A DNA stretch of 64,000 bases from Candidatus Dojkabacteria bacterium (GTDB taxonomy: Bacteria > Patescibacteriota > Dojkabacteria > J137): positions 39,998 to 103,997 of the forward strand of contig JAUZRK010000001.1 of NCBI GenBank assembly GCA_030950485.1, written 5' to 3'. Within the stretch, counting starts at the first letter, position 1; every line of letters starts with the position of its first letter. The notes under the pieces are model-generated. The model was not told the DNA's origin. It did not search any database and saw only the letters and a program-made list of their open reading frames with translations. The position numbers were made by a program, and so were the translations under genes. Positions 29,106-38,739 of this stretch are shown piece after piece.

Positions 29106-30157
29106 TTAAATGTGTTGATTTTGCTTAGCTGATAAAAGTAATTTAATTGTGTAGATCAAACCAATTAGTATTAGCGTGACTATACCAAGATATATAGTTA
29201 CATCTAATGCCCCAAATTCATCGATAAGACTACCTAATGGGATAGCGAGAATGACATATGGCATTCCTTTTATAATTGAAAAAGTAGACAATGCAGTGGC
29301 TCTATATTTTGATTCAATACTATCGTTTATATCTTTTGAATTTATAGCATTAATTGATGGTTCAAGCATAAATCTTATAGTTAGCAATACAATTGTTAAT
29401 ATAACTGAGTTGATATTTGTAAATAGTAAGCTCAATACGTATATAATTGAAAGAATACTGAAAAGTTTATTTGGTTCCATCTTAATTGTGGCTTTTGAAT
29501 ATATCCATGCGCCAAATGCGCTCGCAAATGTCATAGCTGAGAATAAAATTCCAAGCATTTCTTCAGGTATTCCTAATGCCATTGGATAAGCTGCATTCAA
29601 AACATTATCTAGTACATTCAGAACTCAAAATATGATTAAAAAATATACAAGCTTAATAAGTGGAATATTATGTTTAATTTGTTTTATACCTTCTCTGTTT
29701 TGTTTTATATAATTTCTTAGAGAAAATTTTTCAGAATCAATTGGAGGCTCAGTTATTAAAATTAGTATTAAAATTCCTCCTACTATAATAAATGTACCTG
29801 TAAAAAAATACGGTAATCCCTCATCAATTTTATATAGAAACCCACCAATTATTCCTGATACTCCTAGTAATAAGAGCTTATTTCTCTCTACTAGTGCCAA
29901 ATACTTATCATAAACATTTTCAATACCAAGAGATTTATGAGAATCATAGATTAACGCCTCAGCTGTTCCAGAATATAATGCAGCTCCTATTACTATTAGT
30001 AGTAAGGAGATAAAAGGTGATAGTATTCCGTACTAAATCCCATCAGAATATTTCCTAAACCAAATAGAAAAAAAGCAACGATTAAAGTACTCTTCTTTCC
30101 AAACAGATCGGAAAATGCCCCAGTGGGGATCTCAATTAATAATCCAAATTAAAACAT
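29106..30157 (-). pseudogene. MFS transporter, fragmented by multiple stops/frameshifts
   Basis: Pieces 29106..29600, 29625..29900 and 29900..30157 each read as MFS TM segments. The N-terminal piece carries MFS motif A (GAFSDLFGKKSTL) but starts MF* with an immediate stop. Confidence 0.6.
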
Positions 30158-30874
30158 AGAACTTTCTAAAAAGCCTATTCCTTCATAGTCTGGAATTGTC
30201 AGGTAAAATATTAACCAGACGCCTAGCCAGAACCAAGCCCTGTATAAAGCTAAGATATATTTTAAAACTTTTAGATTTTTCTCCATATTTCTATTTATAT
30301 ATCTTTTTTTTGCTCTCAATGAATAAACTACCTTAACCATACTAGTTAACATGCCTTTTGCGTCTGCGTAAGATACATCTAACTTTGAGTACTGCGTTGT
30401 ATTATTTCTAACATTTATTAACTGATAGACCATTATAACGGTCTCATTATATAGATCCTCTTTAAAATCATCAGCTAATAACACTACTCTTCTAGCAATT
30501 TCACATTGAAATGCAAATTTATTCCCCTTATCTAAAACATCATAAAGATCAGTAATTACATTGTAGCTATTTATGCTTTTTATATCCGGCTGATGACTAT
30601 GACAGTGAAATACAATTGAGTGTAGAGCCATTATATCGTCAACTACGTTACGGTTTAAAGCAGTAATCCCTGGATGATTTAATAAGTAATCGCCTACTTT
30701 ATAGCCATCCTCAAGCTCAATATCATAAAAACTTGGTTGGTCATATTTTTCAAATTTCTTACTAAGTTTTGAGCTGGATCTATCTTCATCTAACGGAAGT
30801 GCAGCATACAGTTCGTCTTGCCTTTTTTCTGAAAATAAGTCTATATCATCTCTACCTAAATTCACTGTCAGCAC
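30149..30874 (-). CDS. Hypothetical protein (241 aa; C-terminal TM)
   Basis: Complete ORF. No domain recognised. Confidence 0.3.
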   Translation of the reverse strand: MLTVNLGRDDIDLFSEKRQDELYAALPLDEDRSSSKLSKKFEKYDQPSFYDIELEDGYKVGDYLLNHPGITALNRNVVDDIMALHSIVFHCHSHQPDIKSINSYNVITDLYDVLDKGNKFAFQCEIARRVVLLADDFKEDLYNETVIMVYQLINVRNNTTQYSKLDVSYADAKGMLTSMVKVVYSLRAKKRYINRNMEKNLKVLKYILALYRAWFWLGVWLIFYLTIPDYEGIGFLESSMF

Positions 30875-30915
30875 TAATTAATGAAGTTAAAAAGCTTTTT
30901 ACCTCAGCAATTTTA

Positions 30916-31617
30916 TCATATAAACTCCCTTTTTTTACTATTATATGTATTAACTACAGCACTTCCAACAACTGCAATATCAGCATGTTGTGATAACGCT
31001 TTAATATGTTCAGATTTGGAAATTCCATAACCTACAGCAATTTCAGTTTTAATATATTTTTTTACTCTATTAATATGACTAGATAATTCTGGGTCTAATT
31101 CACTTTTTTCACCAGTCGTTCCTTTTCTACTTGATAAATAAATTAAATCTTTTGCGTACTTTGCATTTTTCTTTATCCTCTCATCAGTACTTGTCGGAGC
31201 AAGAAGCCTAATTGGGTTAATATTATATTTCTGGCGTAATTCAATAAAATGTTCTTTATCTTCCATTTCAATTGAAATATCTGGAATTATTAATCCATAC
31301 GCACCAGCCTCAGACGAATCCTTAATAAATTTCTCGAGACTATAGGCGTTTAAAATATTGAAGTAAGTCATAAATATTAGCTTTGCTTTTACTTTAGAGC
31401 TCATTTCTTTCATTAGTTTAAAAGCATCTTCTACTCTTGTACCATTTTCAGGTGCAATTCTATTAGCTTCCATTATTGTCGGTTCGTCTCCTAATGGGTC
31501 AGAAAAAGGGATCTGAAGTTCGATATAGCTAACTCCAACTTCGTCCATAGCCTCAATTAATTTCCTTGATTCTTCTAAAGTTGGGTATCCAACTACAATG
31601 TGTGTCATTAGTTTCAT
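30916..31617 (-). CDS. trpA: Tryptophan synthase alpha subunit (N-terminally short; possibly decaying)
   Basis: ..YIELQIPFSDPLGDEPTIMEANRIA.. (TrpA active-site region) and C-terminal ..IAVGYGISKSEHIKAL..VVGSAVV... 233 aa, about 20 aa shorter at the N-terminus than typical TrpA. Its partner trpB is a pseudogene. Confidence 0.7.
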   Translation of the reverse strand: MKLMTHIVVGYPTLEESRKLIEAMDEVGVSYIELQIPFSDPLGDEPTIMEANRIAPENGTRVEDAFKLMKEMSSKVKAKLIFMTYFNILNAYSLEKFIKDSSEAGAYGLIIPDISIEMEDKEHFIELRQKYNINPIRLLAPTSTDERIKKNAKYAKDLIYLSSRKGTTGEKSELDPELSSHINRVKKYIKTEIAVGYGISKSEHIKALSQHADIAVVGSAVVNTYNSKKREFI

Positions 31618-31776
31618 AAATTTGTTGTAATTTAAAATATAATTTTATATCTAATCCTTGTCGCATCCTCCCCGGCCCTCCTCCGAGCTCTAAGGAGAGA
31701 GAATGAGTTTGTGCCTTGAGCTGTACTTGCTTCCTCTATATGTAATGCCTTCTCTTTACAAATGAGAGGGAATTTT
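31605..31776 (+). repeat. Direct repeat copy 1 (about 170 bp) containing GC-rich palindromes; includes the trpA start region
   Basis: About 90% identical to 32315..32484 (..tcattagtttcataaatttgttgtaatttaaa..gtcgcatcctccccggccctcctccgagctctaaggagag..gagctgtacttgcttcctctatatgtaatgccttctctttacaaatgagagggaatt). Confidence 0.8.
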
Positions 31777-31830
31777 GATCGCTACTACCTCCTTCCATGC
31801 CTCGGCCGCTATTAATTATGAAGGAATTAC

Positions 31831-32238
31831 TCACTCATTCTCTCCGTCAGCTATGCGGTCCTCCCTTCCGCGAAAGGAGGGTTGGGAGGGATGCTGCAAC
31901 AACCACAGCTTAATTCTCTCCACAACTCCCCCAACATTACTCATAATTTCATAATTCCAAAATCTTACAACTCGATATCCCATCCCATTTAACACTCTAG
32001 TTCTTTCAACATCATATTCTCTTCTACTCAAATGAACCTCTCCATCTACTTCGATAACTAACTTATACTTTGCAATATAGAAATCAACTATATATCTACC
32101 AATTACTTTCTGTCTTAGAACTCTAACACCTAATTTATCTCGTCTGATTTCTTGCCATAATATGTTTTCAGACTTTGCCATATTAGTTCTATTCTCCCTA
32201 GCAAATTTCTTTATCCTTCTCATAAAAAAAATTAGCAT
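31831..32238 (-). CDS. DUF559 / Vsr-like (restriction-endonuclease-fold) domain protein, inserted between trpB and trpA
   Basis: ..ILWQEIRRDKLGVRVLRQKVIGRYIVDFYIAKYKLVIEVDGEVHLSRREYDVERTRVLNGMGYRVVRFWNYEI.. matches the DUF559 consensus. Its C-terminal 20 codons are encoded by an inverted partial copy of the flanking repeat (31831..31900). Confidence 0.65.
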   Translation of the reverse strand: MLIFFMRRIKKFARENRTNMAKSENILWQEIRRDKLGVRVLRQKVIGRYIVDFYIAKYKLVIEVDGEVHLSRREYDVERTRVLNGMGYRVVRFWNYEIMSNVGGVVERIKLWLLQHPSQPSFRGREDRIADGENE

Positions 32239-32314
32239 AGGTTTCGATTATTCAATCATCCAAAATCTTATCTTTGTAAGCTTCTTGAAAGCTTTCTGAC
32301 ACTCTTTCAATTGT

Positions 32315-32484
32315 TCATTAATTTCATAAATTTGCTGTAATTTAAACTTTATTTTATATTTAGTCTTTGTCGCATCCTCCCCGGGCCTCCTTCGAGCTCG
32401 AAGGAGGGAGAATTAGTTTGGGCCTCGAGCTGTACTTGCTTCCTCTATATGTAATGCCTTCTCTTCACAAATGAGAGGGAATTC
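32315..32484 (+). repeat. Direct repeat copy 2 (about 170 bp), with perfect 20-bp palindrome CTCCTTCGAGCTCGAAGGAG; carries a decayed duplicate of the trpA start (MKLMNN*)
   Basis: Aligns with 31605..31776. Weaker similarity continues about 60 bp upstream, into a degraded trpA 5' coding fragment. Confidence 0.8.
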
Positions 32485-32526
32485 TCAATTCAACTTGTCT
32501 TAAACTACATGAATTCCTTAGAATAA

Positions 32527-33841
32527 TTAGAAAAATTCACTTTTACTTTTTACTTTTGCCTTCAAATAATCCCTAAACCCCTCATCCCCAAACTCCTCAG
32601 TCAGAATAAATAAGTCTTTATCTCCACGTCCAGATAAATTAATCACAATTACATCTTCCTTCTTAGTCTTAGGAACAAATTTAATTGCGTATGCGACAGC
32701 GTGCAATGATTCTAAAGTACCTATTATTCCTTCAGTTGCTGCTAATGTTTTAAAAGCTTCTTTTACTTTATTATCAGTAGCGTGTTCATACTTCACTCTA
32801 CCCTGCTCGTATAGCATTGCATGTTGAGGGCCGATACCTGCGTAATCTAGGCCTGCAGAAATACTGTGAGTAGGTTGAACTTGGCCGTCAGTATCCTGTA
32901 GAAAATATGATTTATAAACCTTCTACAACACCAATTTTTGGATCATTATTAAGTCTAGATGCATGATCACCTATTTCTTTAACTCCTTTCCCCCCTGCCT
33001 CAACTGCTATTAAATTAACTTCTTTATCATCTAGAAAAGTATTAAATATTCCGATTGAGTTACTTCCACCTCCAACACAAGCAATAATATAACTTGGTTT
33101 AGTTTCTCCATACTTTGTTATTTGCTCCTTAACTTCTAACCCTATAATAGATTGAAAACCTCTAACCATTGATGGATAGGGATGCGGTCCTAATGCAGAT
33201 CCTAGTAGATAATAGCTATCGTCGACATTTGCAATCCAATCTTGAATTGCAGCTGTAACCGCGTCTTTTAATCGTCTTGTTCCATGCTTTATCGGAACTA
33301 CTGTCGCTCCAAGGCTTTCCATCCAAAAAACATTCGGCCTTTGTCTTTTATAATCAACTTCTCCCATATAGACAATACATTCCATTCCAAATTTTGCCGC
33401 AACTGTTGCAGTTGCAAGTCCATGTTGACCAGCTCGGGTTTCGGCAATCAATCTTTTCTTCCCCATTCTTTTCGCCAGAAGGGCTTGACCTAAGCAGTGA
33501 TTAATTTTATGTGCTCCAGTATGGTTCAATCCTTCATTTTTTATATAAACTTTTCCTCCTCCTAATTTCTCAGTTAAGTTTTTAGCATAATATAAGGGTG
33601 TAGGTCTTCCTCAGTAATTTTTATATAAATCATTTAAAAATTCTGGATCATTTTTAGCAGCTATATAAGCATTTTCTAATTCTTCTAAAGCTGGTATTAA
33701 CATCTCAGGAACATACGCGCCACCATAATTACCAAAGAAGCCTTTATTATCTGAATCATATTGTGTCTTAATGAATACTTGCTTTACCATGTAGTTCGTC
33801 ATAATAAGTAAATTCTGGAGATAAAAGTTCATTAATCTCAT
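32527..33841 (-). pseudogene. trpB: Tryptophan synthase beta subunit, disrupted (in-frame TGA near 33593, frameshift near 32905-32915)
   Basis: Three fragments: 33611..33841 (..[14 protein letters not shown]..), 32912..33529 (..[41 protein letters not shown]..) and 32527..32817 (..NLSGRGDKD..). Reading through, ..[16 protein letters not shown].. shows a stop inside conserved sequence, and ..VVEGL*/..VYKSYFLQD.. needs a 1-nt shift. Confidence 0.8.
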
Positions 33842-34112
33842 TTATAAAATCATTAGGGTTCTCAATGTCTGATACATCTGCTATTTTAGAGCTATCTAAA
33901 CATTGAATAATTTGTTGAACTTCGCTAGTGTCATTCCTTCTTAAAATAACTTGCCTTGCTGCAATAATAGAACCTTATAAGTTATTAGATTGGACTATCG
34001 TACCTATTATTAAATCAAGATTAAAATCAAACTGAGGATTAAATTCAATAGTCCTTCCCGTACTAATTATTTGTCTAACTAAATTACTAAACTGTATCAT
34101 TTTAAAATTTCT

Positions 34113-34141
34113 AAAAAATAAAAAAACACCCTTTCGGGTGC
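34113..34141 (-). terminator. Rho-independent terminator downstream of the minus-strand yerC-like gene (CACCC-TTTC-GGGTG with U-tract on minus strand)
   Basis: Hairpin 34127-34140 preceded on the plus strand by A14 (T-run on the minus strand). Confidence 0.6.
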
Positions 34142-34254
34142 TTCATAAAATTTATTCGTTCAGCTACACCCAATAAAAATTGAGCTGCCACCAAGTTTTA
34201 GAAATTAGTTTAGAAAAGTTCATAGAAGAATGATACTATACTAGTCTGCTAGTA

Positions 34255-34515
34255 TCAACTACTTTTTATTATTTTTAATTCACCATTTTTTAAAGCCTTT
34301 GATCCCCTTGTTACAGTAGCAACACCTACTCCTAATTTCTTTGCAATATCGTGGTGCTTTTCTCCTTTTAAAATTAATTCAACTATATCTATTCTTTTAG
34401 GAATTTCTTTCATTTCTTTTGCTGTAAGGATTCTTTTTAAGAATTTTGATATTTCTTTTGGATCATTTATCTCTGCTAGGATATCTACTAATTTGTTGAA
34501 ACTTGATTTTTTCAT
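34255..34515 (-). CDS. TrpR-like YerC/YecD-family small DNA-binding protein
   Basis: ..ILTAKEMKEIPKRIDIVELILKGEKHHDIAKKLGVGVATVTRGSKALKNG.. matches the YerC/YecD (Trp-repressor-like) family. 86 aa. Confidence 0.6.
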   Translation of the reverse strand: MKKSSFNKLVDILAEINDPKEISKFLKRILTAKEMKEIPKRIDIVELILKGEKHHDIAKKLGVGVATVTRGSKALKNGELKIIKSS

Positions 34516-34604
34516 TATCTAAATTTAATAGATTAATATATTAAATATTGTGTTGAAGTGATTTAATTGATAATCTTATCTAGTATATAGAGTTTTTACA
34601 GAAA

Positions 34605-36329
34605 ATGAAGAAAAGAAAATTTTTAATAGGAATACTTTTAATTTTAACGATAGGGTTAGTAGGTGCATCACTATATGTAGGATTAAATCTACAAAATAGT
34701 GAAGGTCCTGAAGATAGTAGTGCAAGTACTTCTTGTACAGATACTTCTCCTGCATGTGTAGGGAAATCTAATGGTGATGACGCGGGATGTCAGGGTGGAG
34801 GGAGTGCTTTTAGATGTAAATGTGTAGCCGTTGCTTCTAGTGACCCTAACTGTAGTTCAGGAACTCTAAAAGTTAACTGTAGTTATGCTGATTCGAGCTG
34901 CGGTACTCCAACTAATAAATGTCCAAATGGTTCAAATTATTCAGGAGGTTGCGGTCAAGATGGATGCGCTTCTAATCAAAAGCCTCTTTTTGCTTGTGAT
35001 GCTAGTACAGAAAATACCTCTAAGACTGGTTGTCAAAGATCTCAAGATTGTGAAAATACAGTAGATCCTTGTAATGCTAATAGCGGTAGAGCTAATGCGT
35101 GTCAATGTTCTAGTAGCGGACAGTGTAGTTCAGGTTTTTGTAATTCAAGTAATAAGTGTGCAACAAAAACTAGTATAGGTGGCTTCACTTGCCCTAATCC
35201 TCCAAATGCCAGTGCAGTAATTTGTGCAGTATATGACTGCCCTAATGGAGATACTAATGGAGATGGCGAGTGTTTAGCTAGTGATGAAGGATCTAGCGAA
35301 GCTTTTTATACTTCAAACTGTCCAAGTAGCCCTCCTTCTGGTTGTGGTCAAATTGATTATTATACAGCTGCTAGCGGAAGTAGACCTGATTTTGGCTCTT
35401 ATTGTGGTTATTCATTCTTAAGCTTTAGCGCATGTAGTGGTGGAGTATCAGATCCTGTTTGCGGTAATGGTAAAAAGGAAGCTGGTGAAGAATGCGATGA
35501 TGGTAACAATAACAATAATGATTCATGTAATAATAATTGTAAGACAGTTGTACAACCTGTTTGCGGTGATGGGAAAATGGATGCAGGAGAAACTTGTGAT
35601 GATGGGAATAAAATAGATGGTGACGGCTGCGATTCTAATTGTCAAATCTCACCAAAATGCGGCGATGGCAATATGGATACTGGAGAGACTTGTGATGATG
35701 GGAATAATATTGATGGTGATGGGTGCGATAGTACTTGTCAAATTGAAGTAGATCCAACTTGCGGAGATGGGAATATGGATGCTGGTGAAACTTGTGATGA
35801 CGGTAACAATATAAATGGTGATGGGTGTGACTCAACTTGTCAGCTTGAAGAAAACCAATGTGGTGATTCTTGTACTACAAATTCTGAATGCCCTAATAAT
35901 CATTCTTGTATTTCAGGAACTTGTACTTTAAATGGTTGTACAGATAGTAACTGTGTTAATGGCTGTGCTCCAGTTTGTGGCGGACCTTGTACTTCTAATC
36001 TTGATTGTCCAAATGATCATAGCTGTGATTTAAATACTAATAAATGTATCTTAAGTGAATGTGCTAATGATCCTACTTGTATTAATAATGGCTGTCTTCC
36101 AAAGACTGCTCTTTTCTCTTCTGATAGCGGAATTCTAGCTGAAGAAAACAGACTTTTACTAAATGGTGTAGTTTTAATTATTAGCGCACTTTTAATTTAT
36201 AGATTAAAAGCTTTTAGTAAAACAGCAAAGTTTATTTCTGATGCAAATATTAGATTTACGTTTACAGGGAATGAAGATAGAAAAAGAAAAGAGTTTGAGA
36301 AAAAAATGAGTAGAAAAACTAGTAAATAA
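34605..36329 (+). CDS. Cysteine-rich repeat surface protein (574 aa): N-terminal signal/anchor, tandem Cys-rich repeats, conserved C-terminal module with CLPKTA + TM + basic tail
   Basis: N-terminal MKKRKFLIGILLILTIGLVGASLYVGLNLQNSEGPEDS. Four repeats of CG(N/D)G..(E/D)xGE.CDDGN..(N/D)GD(G/S)C(N/D)..C (Myxococcus-type cysteine-rich repeat pattern). C-terminal ..ECANDPTCINNGCLPKTALFSSD.., a 20-aa hydrophobic helix, then RLKAFSK. Confidence 0.6.
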   Translation: MKKRKFLIGILLILTIGLVGASLYVGLNLQNSEGPEDSSASTSCTDTSPACVGKSNGDDAGCQGGGSAFRCKCVAVASSDPNCSSGTLKVNCSYADSSCGTPTNKCPNGSNYSGGCGQDGCASNQKPLFACDASTENTSKTGCQRSQDCENTVDPCNANSGRANACQCSSSGQCSSGFCNSSNKCATKTSIGGFTCPNPPNASAVICAVYDCPNGDTNGDGECLASDEGSSEAFYTSNCPSSPPSGCGQIDYYTAASGSRPDFGSYCGYSFLSFSACSGGVSDPVCGNGKKEAGEECDDGNNNNNDSCNNNCKTVVQPVCGDGKMDAGETCDDGNKIDGDGCDSNCQISPKCGDGNMDTGETCDDGNNIDGDGCDSTCQIEVDPTCGDGNMDAGETCDDGNNINGDGCDSTCQLEENQCGDSCTTNSECPNNHSCISGTCTLNGCTDSNCVNGCAPVCGGPCTSNLDCPNDHSCDLNTNKCILSECANDPTCINNGCLPKTALFSSDSGILAEENRLLLNGVVLIISALLIYRLKAFSKTAKFISDANIRFTFTGNEDRKRKEFEKKMSRKTSK

Positions 36330-36406
36330 ATACTATTTAAATTGTAAATTAATTGTAATCATTCTCCTAAATTGATAGTCTGTATTGAGACGTTCACTAA
36401 CGACAT

Positions 36407-38734
36407 ATGAAGAAAAAAAGTAGAAAAATTGTAATTGCAATATTATTAATATTAACTCTTGGTTTAACAGGAGTTTCTGTTTATGTAGGACTTAATCTAC
36501 AAACTAGCGAAGCCCCAGAAGATTCAGCAGCAGGATGTTGGTGTACGGGATCAAATGAATGCCCTAGTGGTTACAGCTGGCAAGGCTCTGGCTCTGGCTG
36601 GTGTAGTGCTCCATTAGGCTGCTGTAATGCTGGAGGTGGCGGTTCGGCTGGAGGTGGAAGTACTGGAGGAGGGACACCTTCTACAGGAAGTTCTGACGGT
36701 TCTGCTTGTACATTCGGTAATAACTCTACTTGCGGTAACGTTTGTTGTTCATGTGGTAAGTGTGGGGGTGTTACAAAGACTTGTAATCAGATATGTGGAT
36801 CTTCAAGTGCAGGTGGAAGTAATCAATGTGAGACAGATACAGGAAGACCTGTAAATTGTGCTTGTAATAATGGTTCGCAGTGTTCATCTGGGAATTGTTC
36901 TGGTGGTACTTGTAAAAATGCTATTGACCCTTGTTCTGAGACTTCTGGAAGACCAAATGGTTGCTCTTGCAGTTCAGGATCTCAATGTTCAACGGATAAT
37001 TGCTCTGGAGGATCTTGTAAAACAACAGACAATACTGGAGGTGGTTCAACAGGTGGAGGACTAGGAGTTGGTGATGCTTGTACATTAGGAGGAGCTAGCT
37101 GTCCAACAGGATCGGCTTGTACACCGAATCAAAATGGAAACAATGTATGTAATGCTATTGATGGTTCAGGATTAGTAGATGGAACAAACCTAACTTACAA
37201 CCAGTGCGTTGCAAGTGGTTCTACTTGCGGTGGTAATTATATTGCATTTAACTGTCCTAATGGATTTGGAGACCAATGTTTTGAAAATGAATTAAGAACT
37301 ACTTCTTTATCTGCTGCTACTTCGCATATGAATGGTTGCGGGCAAGTTGACACAGTATTCCAAGGTGGTTCTTGTAATGATCGTTTATGCGGTGGATTTG
37401 TTATTTCAAAAACAAACTGTGGAGGAGGCGGTGGTGGTGGAACTGTAGACCCTGCTGGACCAGTTTGTGGTAATGGAGTAAAAGAAAGTGGTGAGCAATG
37501 TGATGATGGTAATACAAATAATAACGATAGCTGTAATAATAGTTGTAAAACTGTAGTTCAGCCAGTATGTGGTAATGGTCTTATGGAAAGCGGTGAAGCT
37601 TGTGATGACGGTAACAATAATAATGCTGATAGTTGTAATAATAATTGTCAGATTGTAGACGCAATTAGCTGTGGAGATGGCGTTATGGAAGGTGATGAGC
37701 AATGCGATGACGGTAATAACGTAAACAATGATGGGTGTAGTGCAACTTGTACTTTAGAGCAGTTTCAATGCGGGGAGCCATGTTCAGTAGATGCTCAGTG
37801 TCCAAATGGCCATTCTTGTCTAGATGGAATATGTACATTAGATACTTGTACAGCACAAACATGTACAAATGGTTGCCCTAACTCTTGTGGTAATGGTGTT
37901 TTAGAAACAGGAGAACAGTGTGATGATGGGAATAATACAAATGGAGATGGATGTAGCGCTACTTGTACACTAGAGGCAATAGATCCTCTTTGTGGTGACG
38001 GTAATCTTGACCCTGGAGAAGAATGCGATAATGGTACAGGCAATGGAGCTGTTTGTACTCCAACATATGGAAATAATTGTCAGTTCTGTTCTCTTAACTG
38101 TTCTCAGTTAGAAATTGAAGGACCTAGCTGTGGTAATGGAACAGTTGAAAGTATGGAGCAATGTGATCCCTTAGCAACACCTAATGGCTGCGCAGCATCT
38201 TCAACATGTACTAGCTCTTGTATTTGTGAACCTGTGACTGGTCCACAATGTGGTGATACCTGTGGATCAAATCTAGATTGTCCAAATAATCATTCATGTA
38301 TTTCTGGTAAATGTACACTTAATGGATGTACCGATGGAAACTGTGTTAATGGTTGTTTCCCACTATGTGGAGGACCATGTACCTCAAATAAAGACTGTCC
38401 AAATGATCACACTTGTAATTTAATAACTAATCGTTGTGTATTAAGTGAATGTGCAAATGATCCAACATGTATTAATAATGGATGCTTGCCAAAGACTGCA
38501 ATATTCTCATCTGATGATGGAGTATTCTCTGAAAGTAATAGAAATTTAACTTTTGGGTTAATGATTATGGCTACTGCTCTATTGCTTTATAAGTTTAATT
38601 TCTTTACAAAGATAGGTTTAAATCTTACTGGAAGTAAATATAGATTTGTATTCTCTCCTTTAGATAATGATCTAAAACAAAAAGGATTTGAATATAAAGT
38701 AGAAAAAGACTTAGAAGATAAAGCTAAAGATTAA
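36407..38734 (+). CDS. Cysteine-rich repeat surface protein paralog (775 aa) with the same N-terminal anchor and C-terminal CLPKTA + TM module
   Basis: MKKKSRKIVIAILLILTLGLTGVSVYVGLNLQTSEAPEDS. Gly/Cys-rich N-region. Six or more CG(N/D)G..GE.CD(D/N)GN..(N/D)GDGC repeats. C-terminal ..ECANDPTCINNGCLPKTAIFSSDDG.. + TM + ..KFNFFTK... Confidence 0.6.
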   Translation: MKKKSRKIVIAILLILTLGLTGVSVYVGLNLQTSEAPEDSAAGCWCTGSNECPSGYSWQGSGSGWCSAPLGCCNAGGGGSAGGGSTGGGTPSTGSSDGSACTFGNNSTCGNVCCSCGKCGGVTKTCNQICGSSSAGGSNQCETDTGRPVNCACNNGSQCSSGNCSGGTCKNAIDPCSETSGRPNGCSCSSGSQCSTDNCSGGSCKTTDNTGGGSTGGGLGVGDACTLGGASCPTGSACTPNQNGNNVCNAIDGSGLVDGTNLTYNQCVASGSTCGGNYIAFNCPNGFGDQCFENELRTTSLSAATSHMNGCGQVDTVFQGGSCNDRLCGGFVISKTNCGGGGGGGTVDPAGPVCGNGVKESGEQCDDGNTNNNDSCNNSCKTVVQPVCGNGLMESGEACDDGNNNNADSCNNNCQIVDAISCGDGVMEGDEQCDDGNNVNNDGCSATCTLEQFQCGEPCSVDAQCPNGHSCLDGICTLDTCTAQTCTNGCPNSCGNGVLETGEQCDDGNNTNGDGCSATCTLEAIDPLCGDGNLDPGEECDNGTGNGAVCTPTYGNNCQFCSLNCSQLEIEGPSCGNGTVESMEQCDPLATPNGCAASSTCTSSCICEPVTGPQCGDTCGSNLDCPNNHSCISGKCTLNGCTDGNCVNGCFPLCGGPCTSNKDCPNDHTCNLITNRCVLSECANDPTCINNGCLPKTAIFSSDDGVFSESNRNLTFGLMIMATALLLYKFNFFTKIGLNLTGSKYRFVFSPLDNDLKQKGFEYKVEKDLEDKAKD

Positions 38735-38739
38735 CAACT

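Noticed and set aside
33590-33598. In-frame TGA inside conserved TrpB sequence (..NY*GRPTPLY..), which could indicate UGA recoding (code 4 or 25, as in some CPR such as Gracilibacteria/Absconditabacteria)
   Set aside because: All other long ORFs (up to 1043 aa) contain no in-frame TGA. The same locus also has a frameshift, and other broken genes use TAA/TAG. The simpler explanation is that trpB is a pseudogene.
36627-38043. Several ORFs (plus and minus) inside the second Cys-rich protein gene (36627..36854, 36858..37064, 37406..37702, 37683..37868, 37795..38043) and 35635..35835 inside the first
   Set aside because: Alternative-frame artefacts of the repetitive GGT/TGT-rich coding sequence (His/Val/Thr-rich nonsense translations).
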